Origin: an uncultured Candidatus Saccharibacteria bacterium
GTDB lineage: Bacteria > Patescibacteriota > Dojkabacteria > J137
DNA: 64,000 nt
Assembly: GCA_965230975.1 (NCBI GenBank)
Contig: OZ246402.1
Coordinates: forward strand, 444,667 to 508,666
Direction of reading: 5' to 3'
Part shown: in pieces, positions 26,989 through 36,072 of the stretch
Position numbering within the stretch: position 1 is the first letter of the stretch
How the letters are laid out: the number at the start of each line of letters is the position of its first letter
Translations under genes and position numbers: made by a program
The notes under the pieces: model-generated
What the model was told of the DNA's origin: nothing
The model's database searches: none
Seen by the model: only the letters and a program-made list of their open reading frames with translations

Positions 26989-29451
26989 TTAAATAAACAT
27001 ATTAATGTTTGCACTGTCTGCTTCTCCTAAATAACTTGCAACACCACCAAGTTCTACACCATCTATAAATTCTTCGGCTTTTATTCCCATTACATCCATA
27101 GACATTGTACAAGCTACTAGTCTTACTCTATTTTTTTGAGCATCACTCATAATCTCCTCTATACTTTTAACATTCTTTTTCTTCATTATATATTTAATCA
27201 TTAATGGACCCATTCCAAACATTTGCATTTTAGAAAGACCTAATCTTGATGCACCTCGTGGCATCATCATTCCAAACATTTTTTCTATTAAATTCTTTTT
27301 CACTTTTGCACCTTCCGGTTTTCTTAAAATATTAAGCCCCCAGAATGTAAAGAACATTACAACTTCTTTACCAAAAGCTGCTGCGCCATTAGCAATAATA
27401 AAAGACGCAATTGCTTTATCTAAATCACCATCAAATACAATCATTGTAAGTTTATTATCTCCAAAATGTTTAACTCTCATACCTTCGGCTTGATTCTCCA
27501 TTTTTTGGATAACTACAAAGTATTGGCTCCCTTCTTGGTACTTTTTAAGTAGAGTATTTCCTGTTCTTTCGCACCACTTTTCTATATCAATATGAAAGGC
27601 AGGGTCTGTAGCTACTACTTTTAGTATTTGACCATCTTGCAAGTTCTTCATTGCTTCGTAAATCATTTGTAATGGGCCTGGGCATTGTAAACCACTTGCA
27701 TCTATAAATTGATTTTCGTTCATATTTTGATTGTTTAAAGTTACATTTAGTTCTTTTGAAATACCTGTATCTTCTGCTTCAACTTTAGATTTTGAAGGTA
27801 CAAAAACATTACTGTATGTTTTGTAACCACCATCAAGGTTTAAAACTTTAAATCCGTGTTGAGACAAAAATCGGGAAATCACATAACCTCTTAAACCAAC
27901 CTGACAGTAAACTACCAAGGTCTTCTCTTTATCAATTTTAAAAGTGTTATTTAAAATTTCTTCCCTTAAGTTGCTTAAGGGGTTATTAATAGCTCCTTTT
28001 ATACTACCTAATTCAAATTCTCCAGGTTCTCTAACATCTATAATTTGGTATTTGTTTGCATCTAGCTTTTCAATTTCATTCCATTGAATTGTTTTTACAT
28101 CATTATCAATAATGCTTTGTGCAGTGTAACCAAGCATATTTACAGGGTCTTTTGCAGAGGAATACATAGGTGCATACGCAAGTTCTAAATCTTGTAAATC
28201 TTTTACTTTCAAATGACCTTTAATTGCTGATGCTATAACATCAATTCGCTTATCTACTCCATCTCTGCCAACTCCTTGAGCACCAAAAATCTTGCCTTCA
28301 TTATTAAAAGTTAGTTTTAAAGATATTGCACTTGACCCTGGATAATAACCCGCATGCGAACCAGGGTGAATGTGTACTTGTAAATATTCTTTGTTTAATT
28401 TTTGTAATCTTTTCTCGTTAACGCCTGTAACTGCAACTGTTAAATCAAAGACCTTAACAATTGCTGTACCCAATGTGCCTTTATATTTTTCTTTTTTACC
28501 ACAAATATTATCGGCAACCATTCTGCCTTGTCTGTTTGCAGGCCATGCTAATGGAACTTGAGTTGGTTCACCTAAAATATAATCGTTAACTTGAATCGCA
28601 TCACCAATTGCATAAATATCTTTAACTGATGTTTCTAAATATTCATTTACAATAATTCCACCTTTTTCATTTAGCTTTAAGCCCGCATCTAAAGCAAGTT
28701 TACTTTCTGGTTTTACACCAATTGCTAAAATTGTAATATCAGAATTAAGTTTTTTGCCACTTTGTAACTCAACATATTTACCATTTTCTAGAAAAGATTT
28801 AACACCATCTTCTAAAACTAAGTTAATACCTTTTTCGATTAAATGATTATGAACTATGCATGCCATTTCATAATCTAATGGTGATAACACCTGATTGCCC
28901 ATTTCCATAATGTTTACTTTCAAACCTAAGTTGTGTAAATTTTCTGCCATTTCTACACCTATAAATCCACCACCAATAATTACTGCTTCTTTTAACTGGT
29001 TTTTTGTTACATGCTCTTTAATTCTATCTGTGTCTTTAAGGTTTCTCAAAGTAAATACATTATTTGCTGTTTCAAGACCAGAAATGGGTGGTTTTATTGG
29101 TTCTGCACCAGGTGACAAAATTAGATAATCATAACTCTCGGAATAAATCTTATTATTAGAAATATCTTTAATTTCAACCTTTTTTTCTTTGGTGTTAATC
29201 TTAGTTACTTCGCTTAATGTCCTGACATCCAAGTTATATCTTTTTTTTAAACCTTCTGGTGTTTGAACTAAAAGGCTTTCTCGTTTTGAAATTACATCTC
29301 CAATGTAGTAGGGGAGTCCACAATTTGCAAAAGAGACGTGTTCACCTTTTTCAAACATGATAATTTCAAGCTCTTCATCTAAACGTCTCAAACGGGCGGC
29401 CGCAGTTGCACCTCCGGCAACACCTCCGACTATTAAAACCTTCTTTTTCAT
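26989..29451 (-). CDS. Multidomain sulfur-trafficking oxidoreductase: CoA-disulfide reductase-like FAD/NAD(P) oxidoreductase fused to rhodanese, TusA-like and DsrE/DsrF-like domains
   Basis: N-terminal GGVAGGATAA FAD motif and redox Cys (SFANCGLPYY), second Rossmann motif GGGFIGVE, a rhodanese domain (IDVREPGEFELGSIKGAINNP...YCQVGLRG), a TusA CPxP motif (LQCPGPL), and a C-terminal DsrE-like domain. Confidence 0.85.
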   Translation of the reverse strand: MKKKVLIVGGVAGGATAAARLRRLDEELEIIMFEKGEHVSFANCGLPYYIGDVISKRESLLVQTPEGLKKRYNLDVRTLSEVTKINTKEKKVEIKDISNNKIYSESYDYLILSPGAEPIKPPISGLETANNVFTLRNLKDTDRIKEHVTKNQLKEAVIIGGGFIGVEMAENLHNLGLKVNIMEMGNQVLSPLDYEMACIVHNHLIEKGINLVLEDGVKSFLENGKYVELQSGKKLNSDITILAIGVKPESKLALDAGLKLNEKGGIIVNEYLETSVKDIYAIGDAIQVNDYILGEPTQVPLAWPANRQGRMVADNICGKKEKYKGTLGTAIVKVFDLTVAVTGVNEKRLQKLNKEYLQVHIHPGSHAGYYPGSSAISLKLTFNNEGKIFGAQGVGRDGVDKRIDVIASAIKGHLKVKDLQDLELAYAPMYSSAKDPVNMLGYTAQSIIDNDVKTIQWNEIEKLDANKYQIIDVREPGEFELGSIKGAINNPLSNLREEILNNTFKIDKEKTLVVYCQVGLRGYVISRFLSQHGFKVLNLDGGYKTYSNVFVPSKSKVEAEDTGISKELNVTLNNQNMNENQFIDASGLQCPGPLQMIYEAMKNLQDGQILKVVATDPAFHIDIEKWCERTGNTLLKKYQEGSQYFVVIQKMENQAEGMRVKHFGDNKLTMIVFDGDLDKAIASFIIANGAAAFGKEVVMFFTFWGLNILRKPEGAKVKKNLIEKMFGMMMPRGASRLGLSKMQMFGMGPLMIKYIMKKKNVKSIEEIMSDAQKNRVRLVACTMSMDVMGIKAEEFIDGVELGGVASYLGEADSANINMFI

Positions 29452-29460
29452 ATTAAAAAT

Positions 29461-29775
29461 TTAAGATGTAGTGTGATAGCCTTTAGAAATCCATTCGTTC
29501 ATTCCACCAACTACGTTTGTTGCATCTATGCCCTTAGTTTTTAATAATACTTGTGCCACACTGCTGCGGCCGCCCGATGCACAAATTACGTAAGTAGGTT
29601 TATTTGGATTTATTGAATTACTATTAAATAATAGTTCATTTATGTCAAGATTTACAACTTTATCGTTATTAATGTGACCCATATTCCACTCATCTTTACT
29701 TCTAACATCTAAAACTTGAATGTCTGAATTATTATCTAAAAGCTCTTTTAAATCTTTAACATTAACGTTCTTCAT
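29461..29775 (-). CDS. Single-domain rhodanese (sulfurtransferase)
   Basis: VLDVRSKDEW...VICASGGRS active-site Cys loop. Confidence 0.85.
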   Translation of the reverse strand: MKNVNVKDLKELLDNNSDIQVLDVRSKDEWNMGHINNDKVVNLDINELLFNSNSINPNKPTYVICASGGRSSVAQVLLKTKGIDATNVVGGMNEWISKGYHTTS

Positions 29776-30038
29776 ATATTATTTCCTTCTAAAAATTTAA
29801 GTAGTTCTTTTGCTATTTTTATTGTAGATATGTTTCTGACTTTGTAAATTTGCTCTCTGCCACTTTTTTTACTTTCTATTAATCCAGCATCTTTGAGTTT
29901 TTTTAAGTGTTGAGATACAGCAGATTGAGATAAATCGCATTTATCTATTAATTGAGTTACATTCTTTTCAGATTCAGAAAGACATAGTAAGAGTTTTAAC
30001 CTTGTTGTATTTGAAAGCGCTTCAAGTGTTTTTTGCAT
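29772..30038 (-). CDS. ArsR/SmtB-family transcriptional regulator (persulfide or metal sensor type)
   Basis: wHTH (LSQSAVSQHLKKLKDAGLI). 4-bp overlap with the rhodanese gene. Cys pair in the N-terminal helix (LLLCLSE). Confidence 0.9.
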   Translation of the reverse strand: MQKTLEALSNTTRLKLLLCLSESEKNVTQLIDKCDLSQSAVSQHLKKLKDAGLIESKKSGREQIYKVRNISTIKIAKELLKFLEGNNI

Positions 30039-30045
30039 GTAGATA

Positions 30046-30063
30046 TATTAGCAGTTGCTAATA
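30046..30063. promoter_or_regulatory. Perfect 8-2-8 palindrome TATTAGCA-GT-TGCTAATA; probable ArsR-family operator
   Basis: Lies 8 bp upstream of the arsR start codon, on the opposite strand. Confidence 0.5.
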
Positions 30064-30088
30064 CAAACTTGCAAGATAATTTGTAAAG

Positions 30089-30712
30089 TTATTTTACAAT
30101 GGGTTGTCTTAAAATGGTTCTAAGTTTTTCAGGTGCTGTTTTTCTTGGATCACCTAAATATATTTCATGATGTTTTCCTTTCAATTTATAACCTTGAGAT
30201 GTCGCAAAGTCGTGCATTTTAATAATATTGCTATGTTCTTCTGAATAAGGTCCAATATGCATTAATTGTACAGCCAAACCTTCGTTATATTCTTCAAGTT
30301 TTAATAAATCTAAAGAAGTATTAGGTTTTTTCTTTCTAGCACTCTCTAGTGCTAGATTAAAGACTTCTAAAGTTACAAATTCTGGTTGCATAATCATCAT
30401 CTTCCACTGCCAATTATCTTTATTTTCAAGAACAAAGTCAGAGTTGTTTTCCATCCACCACAAACCTTCTAAAGGACCTACTTTGTATTCAAAAAAATTT
30501 GAAATAGAAACTCCTTTTTTTGGCATAAATTTTATTGTGTAAGAAACGGAATATAAAGCTTCTACTGCCTTTTTATATTCTTCAGATGTATTTGGGTTGC
30601 CTTTGCCATCAATTGTTAGAAATTTGAAAATAGGTACGTTTATTATTGATGGTTCTGAACTTGAAGGTGCATATAAATCTTTATGCTCTTTAATAAAATC
30701 AACTTGAGACAT
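30089..30712 (-). CDS. GyrI-like small-molecule-binding domain protein
   Basis: Duplicated GyrI-like halves. Limited motif support. Confidence 0.5.
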   Translation of the reverse strand: MSQVDFIKEHKDLYAPSSSEPSIINVPIFKFLTIDGKGNPNTSEEYKKAVEALYSVSYTIKFMPKKGVSISNFFEYKVGPLEGLWWMENNSDFVLENKDNWQWKMMIMQPEFVTLEVFNLALESARKKKPNTSLDLLKLEEYNEGLAVQLMHIGPYSEEHSNIIKMHDFATSQGYKLKGKHHEIYLGDPRKTAPEKLRTILRQPIVK

Positions 30713-30764
30713 ATGTTTAGATATAAAAATAATAATCTAATTCTACACCTAAACTTCAATTTAA

Positions 30765-32159
30765 CTATGAATTTGCGGATAATTCAGCATATCTATTTGA
30801 AAGTAGCTTATAGTATTTCCCCCTCCATGCAATAAGTGTTGCTATAAGTCCAATTACGCCAGCAATGGTGAATACAAGTGCTATTCCTCTCCCGTCCCCT
30901 GTTCCAAACCACGAACCAATAAGATTAGCTCCATTACCACCATCTCTCATAAAAGGAATAAATATTAGCTGAGTGATTGGTCCAATAGCAAATGCCATTA
31001 AAGGTGAAGCCGCTTGTTCAATACTTTGAGAAAACCCAAAAACTCTACCTAATCTATCTTGAGGCACTACTTTTTGAATAATTGTATGCTCAGATGCTTC
31101 AATGAAGGGCACTATAGTTAAATAAACAAAAGCGCCAATTGCAAAAAGAATAATAGATGGTTGAAGTGTAAATATAGCACTCACAAACCAAATAACTGAG
31201 TTTGCAAGAAATAGAGTTTTTACAGGATTTTTACCTAAGCCTCTTGTTGCAATTAATGTACCACCAACCATAAAGGCTAAACTCAAAAATCCCCAAAGCA
31301 AACCCCAAACCCTAACATCTACCAAAGATAATCCGTAAGCGTCCATTAAAGACATAAAAACCCCTCCCAAAAAGTTATTAAAAGTTGTAAAAAATATTAA
31401 AGGAAAAAGTCCAGGTGTTTGTTTAATTATTTTAATTGTACCTTTAATATCTAGACTTTTTAAATTTGCATCAGTTGAATTTGCCTCTGGTTCAGAATTG
31501 TTATTTTGTTCTTTAACAGGTTCGGGTAGTTTTAAAAATTGTAGGTGTAAAATTGTTCCCAAAGTTATAATTATTGGTATTAATAATGCCCAAAACATTC
31601 CGTTAATTGAAACTAGAAAGCCACTAATAACTGATACAACTAAAAAAGCAATACCTGAAGATGTTCCTACTAACCCGTTAGCTTTATCTAATTTATCTTT
31701 AGGGACTAGCATTGGAACTATTGTTGGAATAGCAATACCTCTTAAATTACCTGCCAAAACTCCAAATAATATTAAAATTATAAAGACCCAAAAGATTGGG
31801 TTGTTAATGTTTTTAAAAGATTCTGCAGGAGCTAAAACATAAATAATAAATCCAAGTATAAAAATAACTAAAGATATGCAACTTGAAATAATCATTATTA
31901 ATTTTTTGTTGTATTTATCTACCAATCCACCAAACCAAATACTAGTAAATGCAACAGTTATTAAATAAACTCCGGACATAACAGACGTAGCGATAACGGA
32001 ATTTGTTTGCAAATATGCAAAGAAGGTTAGGGCAAACCAAACGGTCATGTTTGCTAGAGCACCAATAACATTGTTAATAAGTAGCTGATAAAAATTACGC
32101 ATAGTTTTTTGTTTAAGAAAATATAAATATAATTTACGTATACCATTGGTAGCAAGCAA
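30765..32159 (-). CDS. MFS transporter
   Basis: About 12 TM helices with a central cytoplasmic loop. Confidence 0.8.
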   Translation of the reverse strand: MLATNGIRKLYLYFLKQKTMRNFYQLLINNVIGALANMTVWFALTFFAYLQTNSVIATSVMSGVYLITVAFTSIWFGGLVDKYNKKLIMIISSCISLVIFILGFIIYVLAPAESFKNINNPIFWVFIILILFGVLAGNLRGIAIPTIVPMLVPKDKLDKANGLVGTSSGIAFLVVSVISGFLVSINGMFWALLIPIIITLGTILHLQFLKLPEPVKEQNNNSEPEANSTDANLKSLDIKGTIKIIKQTPGLFPLIFFTTFNNFLGGVFMSLMDAYGLSLVDVRVWGLLWGFLSLAFMVGGTLIATRGLGKNPVKTLFLANSVIWFVSAIFTLQPSIILFAIGAFVYLTIVPFIEASEHTIIQKVVPQDRLGRVFGFSQSIEQAASPLMAFAIGPITQLIFIPFMRDGGNGANLIGSWFGTGDGRGIALVFTIAGVIGLIATLIAWRGKYYKLLSNRYAELSANS

Positions 32160-32320
32160 AACTAGATTTTATAGTAAGTTTTAAACTATTACTATGCTTT
32201 ACAAATAATTTACATATCTAAAAATGATATTTTTCTAGGGAAATTAAACAAAATGAGAGGGGCCAAAGACTTTGTCTTTGGCCCCTTGGTGTACGTTTTC
32301 AAATATTTAAGCGCTTTAAT

Positions 32321-33400
32321 TTAACCTTCAAGTTGATCTGCTTGACCCGCCGCTTTTAAAATTCCATTAATAACCCCTGGGTTTGCATCTAAAACAATAT
32401 ATTCCAAATACTTCTTGTATATCTTTTGCATAAATGCGATATATTCAGGTGAGGTTGAATCTTCTAATACTAAACCAATAAGATCTGAAATTTCTAAAAG
32501 TAAGTTAAAAGAAAGAGTAGAGGGTAAATTAGATTTACTTACATTTGTCAAAAGATCAGTAATTTCATTGTCGATTCTTTCAAGTCCAGACAAACCATAA
32601 GTTCTATAAATTTCACCAGCATTTATTAAGCTTGCCCAAATTAATTGAAAATCTTCTGTGAATTGACTACTGCAATCTATAAAGCTTAATTTACCATTAT
32701 AAATAGTAAATTCTGAGTTATCGCTATCCTCTGGACTACCTTTCAGGTTTCTCCAGTTTTTATGCACTTCAAGTAAAAATGCAGTAACTTGAGAATATTC
32801 TTTTGATTGTAAAATTCTTAATAATTCTTTAATTCTACTGGCATTTTTTACTTCAAATATCTGCCCTCTTAAATTTGCTAATAACCAAACTTGGTTAAAA
32901 TTAAGAGAATTACTGTTTATGTCAGCTGCACTAATTCCACAATGCCTCATAACTAGTTGTGCATTCTTTGCCCAAGCAGTATTAGAATTTAAACCATTAG
33001 TAGCAATATCTCTAAACCACGGCTCAAATAAATCATTTGGTAATTGATGTAAATAAGACACGTCTATTTTTATAAGTTCTGAAGTTAAGTCATCTTGCAA
33101 AACTTTAATAAACTCCTCTTTGGTAAGTGTATCTAAATGACTTGCAACATACAGAACAGTTTTAAATGGCATTATCCAAGGGTGCCCTAGCATCTCACCT
33201 TTAAACCCTAATTCTGCGCCAACTTTTTGACGTTGAGGATAAGGTACTGATGGTACTGTTGCATTTAATTTACTTATAAGCCATGTATTATGTCCTTCTG
33301 CAGGTAATGCAAGGTCAATCTTTTTTTTACCCGCTTCTTCTTGCATACTTACAATCATCCTGTTATAAGAATCTATCTCTTTGTATCCTGTTGTATTCAT
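32321..33400 (-). CDS. Hypothetical protein
   Basis: 359-aa soluble ORF with no motif, divergent from the wHTH regulator. Confidence 0.5.
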   Translation of the reverse strand: MNTTGYKEIDSYNRMIVSMQEEAGKKKIDLALPAEGHNTWLISKLNATVPSVPYPQRQKVGAELGFKGEMLGHPWIMPFKTVLYVASHLDTLTKEEFIKVLQDDLTSELIKIDVSYLHQLPNDLFEPWFRDIATNGLNSNTAWAKNAQLVMRHCGISAADINSNSLNFNQVWLLANLRGQIFEVKNASRIKELLRILQSKEYSQVTAFLLEVHKNWRNLKGSPEDSDNSEFTIYNGKLSFIDCSSQFTEDFQLIWASLINAGEIYRTYGLSGLERIDNEITDLLTNVSKSNLPSTLSFNLLLEISDLIGLVLEDSTSPEYIAFMQKIYKKYLEYIVLDANPGVINGILKAAGQADQLEG

Positions 33401-33462
33401 ATAATATATTAAAAATTAATACTTGGATTATCTATCAGTATAGCTTTTGAAGATTGACAAAC

Positions 33463-33492
33463 AATGTCTAAATTGTGTTGAATTTAGACATT
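33463..33492. promoter_or_regulatory. Perfect 12-bp inverted repeat AATGTCTAAATT-gtgttg-AATTTAGACATT next to a TTGACA hexamer; probable operator in a divergent promoter region
   Basis: TTGACA at 33454-33459 immediately precedes the palindrome. Located between the divergent genes 32321-33400 and 33554-34684. Confidence 0.4.
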
Positions 33493-33553
33493 TAAGGCTA
33501 ATTTACAATAAAAAATGGTAAAATGCTGAAAATCATTCTACAAAAGGCTTAAA

Positions 33554-34684
33554 TTGCAAATGAATATTTTAAAAGAAGAAGTTATAAATTTATTGTACCA
33601 GGGAATCAGCCCTTTGGTAATTGGCTTTCAAGATGATGGTTTATATTACCTATTTGATAAACTTTTACAAGGTAGACCAAAATCAACAGGTTACGACCCA
33701 ACAACTACTTTTGTCCACATTACTTTAAACTATCTTTCAAACATCAATGTTAACTCTATAGAAAATGAAATTAACAAAGAGCTTTTAGAAGATAATTTTG
33801 AGGGAGATAATATTCCTGAAACCTTATTAAATGTAGATTTTGTAACATGTGTTGTAGATGACTTAGCATCATGTGAAAATGTTCCTTTGGCAATAGAGTC
33901 TTGTGATAATTTAATTAAAAGGTATAGAAACAGAGTTCGATTTGTTTACATAGCAGAAGACCCGCTTATTATAGAAAAAAATCTTCATAAAATATCTGCT
34001 CACTCCTCGTTTTTTGAAGCAGAATTGTATCAAAGAATTGGTGTCAGTTGGGATATTGAAAACTTAAAATCAATAATGCTTAACGATTATAAAGTTTCTT
34101 TAAACGAATCTGAAATTCAAGAAATTACTAAACTTAGTAACAATCATTTTGGAACTTTTAAAAGACTATATAAAGATAAATCTTTAAATCTGATTACGGC
34201 CAATAGATACATCTCTTTATTAGCAGAAACTTTCAAACCGGAAGAACTAAATGCTTTAAAAAAGTTACAAAAGAACTTGCCATTAGAAGATACAGAGCAA
34301 AATATAATAAGTGCCTTTACAAAGGTTAACTTGGTACAAAGCAATAAAATAACTATTCCATTGTTAAACGATTACATTCAGGGCAACGTTGTTGTCAATA
34401 AAATCCAGCTACAAGAACAAAGATTGGTAGGGTTAGATTTAAATCTACTAACACAAACAGAAAGAAGCTTAATTCAAGAAATGTTAACAACAGAAGAACC
34501 TGTTTCTAAAGAAAGAGTTGGTGAAATTATTTGGAAAGACAAAGTTAATGATAAGTTTTCCATTTGGGCCGTAGATCAAAGAATTGCTAGATTAAGAAGA
34601 AAACTTATGGATTTAAGTTTTGATATTGATATTCAATCAATTTATGGAAAAGGTTTTAAAATTGTTAAAATACCAAAATTATGA
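33554..34684 (+). CDS. Transcriptional regulator with a C-terminal OmpR/PhoB-type winged-helix DNA-binding domain and a non-receiver N-terminal domain
   Basis: C-terminal TERSLIQEM...VDQRIARLRRKL...IQSIYGKGFKI matches the trans_reg_C pattern. N-terminal ~270 aa are unassigned. Confidence 0.55.
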   Translation: MQMNILKEEVINLLYQGISPLVIGFQDDGLYYLFDKLLQGRPKSTGYDPTTTFVHITLNYLSNINVNSIENEINKELLEDNFEGDNIPETLLNVDFVTCVVDDLASCENVPLAIESCDNLIKRYRNRVRFVYIAEDPLIIEKNLHKISAHSSFFEAELYQRIGVSWDIENLKSIMLNDYKVSLNESEIQEITKLSNNHFGTFKRLYKDKSLNLITANRYISLLAETFKPEELNALKKLQKNLPLEDTEQNIISAFTKVNLVQSNKITIPLLNDYIQGNVVVNKIQLQEQRLVGLDLNLLTQTERSLIQEMLTTEEPVSKERVGEIIWKDKVNDKFSIWAVDQRIARLRRKLMDLSFDIDIQSIYGKGFKIVKIPKL

Positions 34685-35121
34685 ATAATTATGTAGATTA
34701 CAAACAAGAAATTAAAGTTGCGGTTGATTCAGTTTGCATTGCAACTGTTAACAACGAAAATTTTGTACTAATGATTAAAAGGGTTTACCCACCTTTCAAA
34801 GATAGTTGGGCTTTGCCAGGTGGTTTTTTGTTAAACACAGAGGAGTTAGAAGAGGGGGTATTAAGAGAATTAAATGAAGAGACTAATCTAGATACAAGTG
34901 ATTTAAATCCAATAAAAATTGATGTGTTTGGTAAAGTTGGCAGAGACCCAAGAAGGCGAATAATCTCAGTTGCTTATTTAATTAAATTAAAAGAGTTAAA
35001 AGATATTTCATTATCTAACGAAACAACTGAAGTTAAATGGGTGCCTTTAAAAGAAATTGAAAATTATCCATTGGCTTTTGATCATAAAGAGATCTTACAA
35101 AAAGCGTTAGAAATTTTATAA
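34681..35121 (+). CDS. NUDIX hydrolase
   Basis: Nudix box GGFLLNTEELEEGVLRELNEETNL. 4-bp overlap with the upstream regulator gene. Confidence 0.85.
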   Translation: MNNYVDYKQEIKVAVDSVCIATVNNENFVLMIKRVYPPFKDSWALPGGFLLNTEELEEGVLRELNEETNLDTSDLNPIKIDVFGKVGRDPRRRIISVAYLIKLKELKDISLSNETTEVKWVPLKEIENYPLAFDHKEILQKALEIL

Positions 35122-35162
35122 AACCCATTCTTTAAGCAAATTCTCAGATAAACTTTCTGGAA

Positions 35163-35193
35163 TTTACACTTTATTTACACTTCCTTTACGGCA
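35163..35193 (+). promoter_or_regulatory. Three direct repeats TTTACACTT / TTTACACTT / TTTACGGCA at 11-bp period; probable OmpR-family response-regulator binding site (autoregulation)
   Basis: Lies 45-75 bp upstream of the response-regulator start. Confidence 0.45.
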
Positions 35194-35237
35194 TTTAACA
35201 AAAAAAAGTTAAAATATAACCATATTTAAAATAATCT

Positions 35238-35924
35238 ATGATTCCAAAAATAATAGTGATAGAAGATGATGCCGATCTTCTTCAATACCTTCAAGATACA
35301 TTAAAAAACAAGGGGGAATATGATGTAACTGGCTTTCAATCAGGAACGGAGGCAATAACATACTTTAAAAAAAATAGACCAAATTTGGTAACGCTGGACC
35401 TTAACCTTATAGACGTAAGGGGCGAAACAGTTTTAAAAGCTATAAGAGAAATGTATTCTGATTTACCCGTAATTATCCTTACAGGGGAACAGGCCCCTGA
35501 AACGCTAGTCGCAAACTTTAATTTAGGGGCAGATGATTATGTTGTAAAGCCTTTTAACGCAGATGAGCTTTTAGCTAGAATCTCTGCAAGGTTAAGGTCC
35601 AGTCAAAACGGAATTGCAAGCAATGTTTTAACTGCAAAAAACATATCTTTAAATCTTGAGACCTTTGACCTTCAAAAGAATGAAAACAAAATCCCATTGA
35701 CCGGAAAAGAATTTGAATTACTTAAGTATTTGCTTATTAACAAAAATAGAGTATGTACAAGAGAAAAAATCCTATTTTCTGTATGGGGTTATAACTCTGA
35801 AGTAGATACAAGGGTTGTAGATGTGTTTGTAGGTAAACTTAGAAAAAAACTTAAAGAAATAAATGAGAGAGAAGATTATATTATTGAATCTGTTTGGGGC
35901 TATGGTTATAAAATCGAAGATTAG
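35238..35924 (+). CDS. OmpR-family response regulator
   Basis: Receiver domain (DD at 10-11, D54 in LVTLDLNL, K in VKPF) plus a C-terminal wHTH (EFELLKYLL, VWGYGYKI). Confidence 0.9.
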   Translation: MIPKIIVIEDDADLLQYLQDTLKNKGEYDVTGFQSGTEAITYFKKNRPNLVTLDLNLIDVRGETVLKAIREMYSDLPVIILTGEQAPETLVANFNLGADDYVVKPFNADELLARISARLRSSQNGIASNVLTAKNISLNLETFDLQKNENKIPLTGKEFELLKYLLINKNRVCTREKILFSVWGYNSEVDTRVVDVFVGKLRKKLKEINEREDYIIESVWGYGYKIED

Positions 35925-36072
35925 TTGTAAAGTCTAATTCAGTAAATTAATACTACAAAGGCTTATTACTTAAAATTTAATATAGAGTATAATTAGAAAC
36001 CCTCTATTTTTTAAAACTTGTTTCATTAGAAAGAGTTTATTAAAACAATCGATACAAGTTTTTGTAAGCTTA

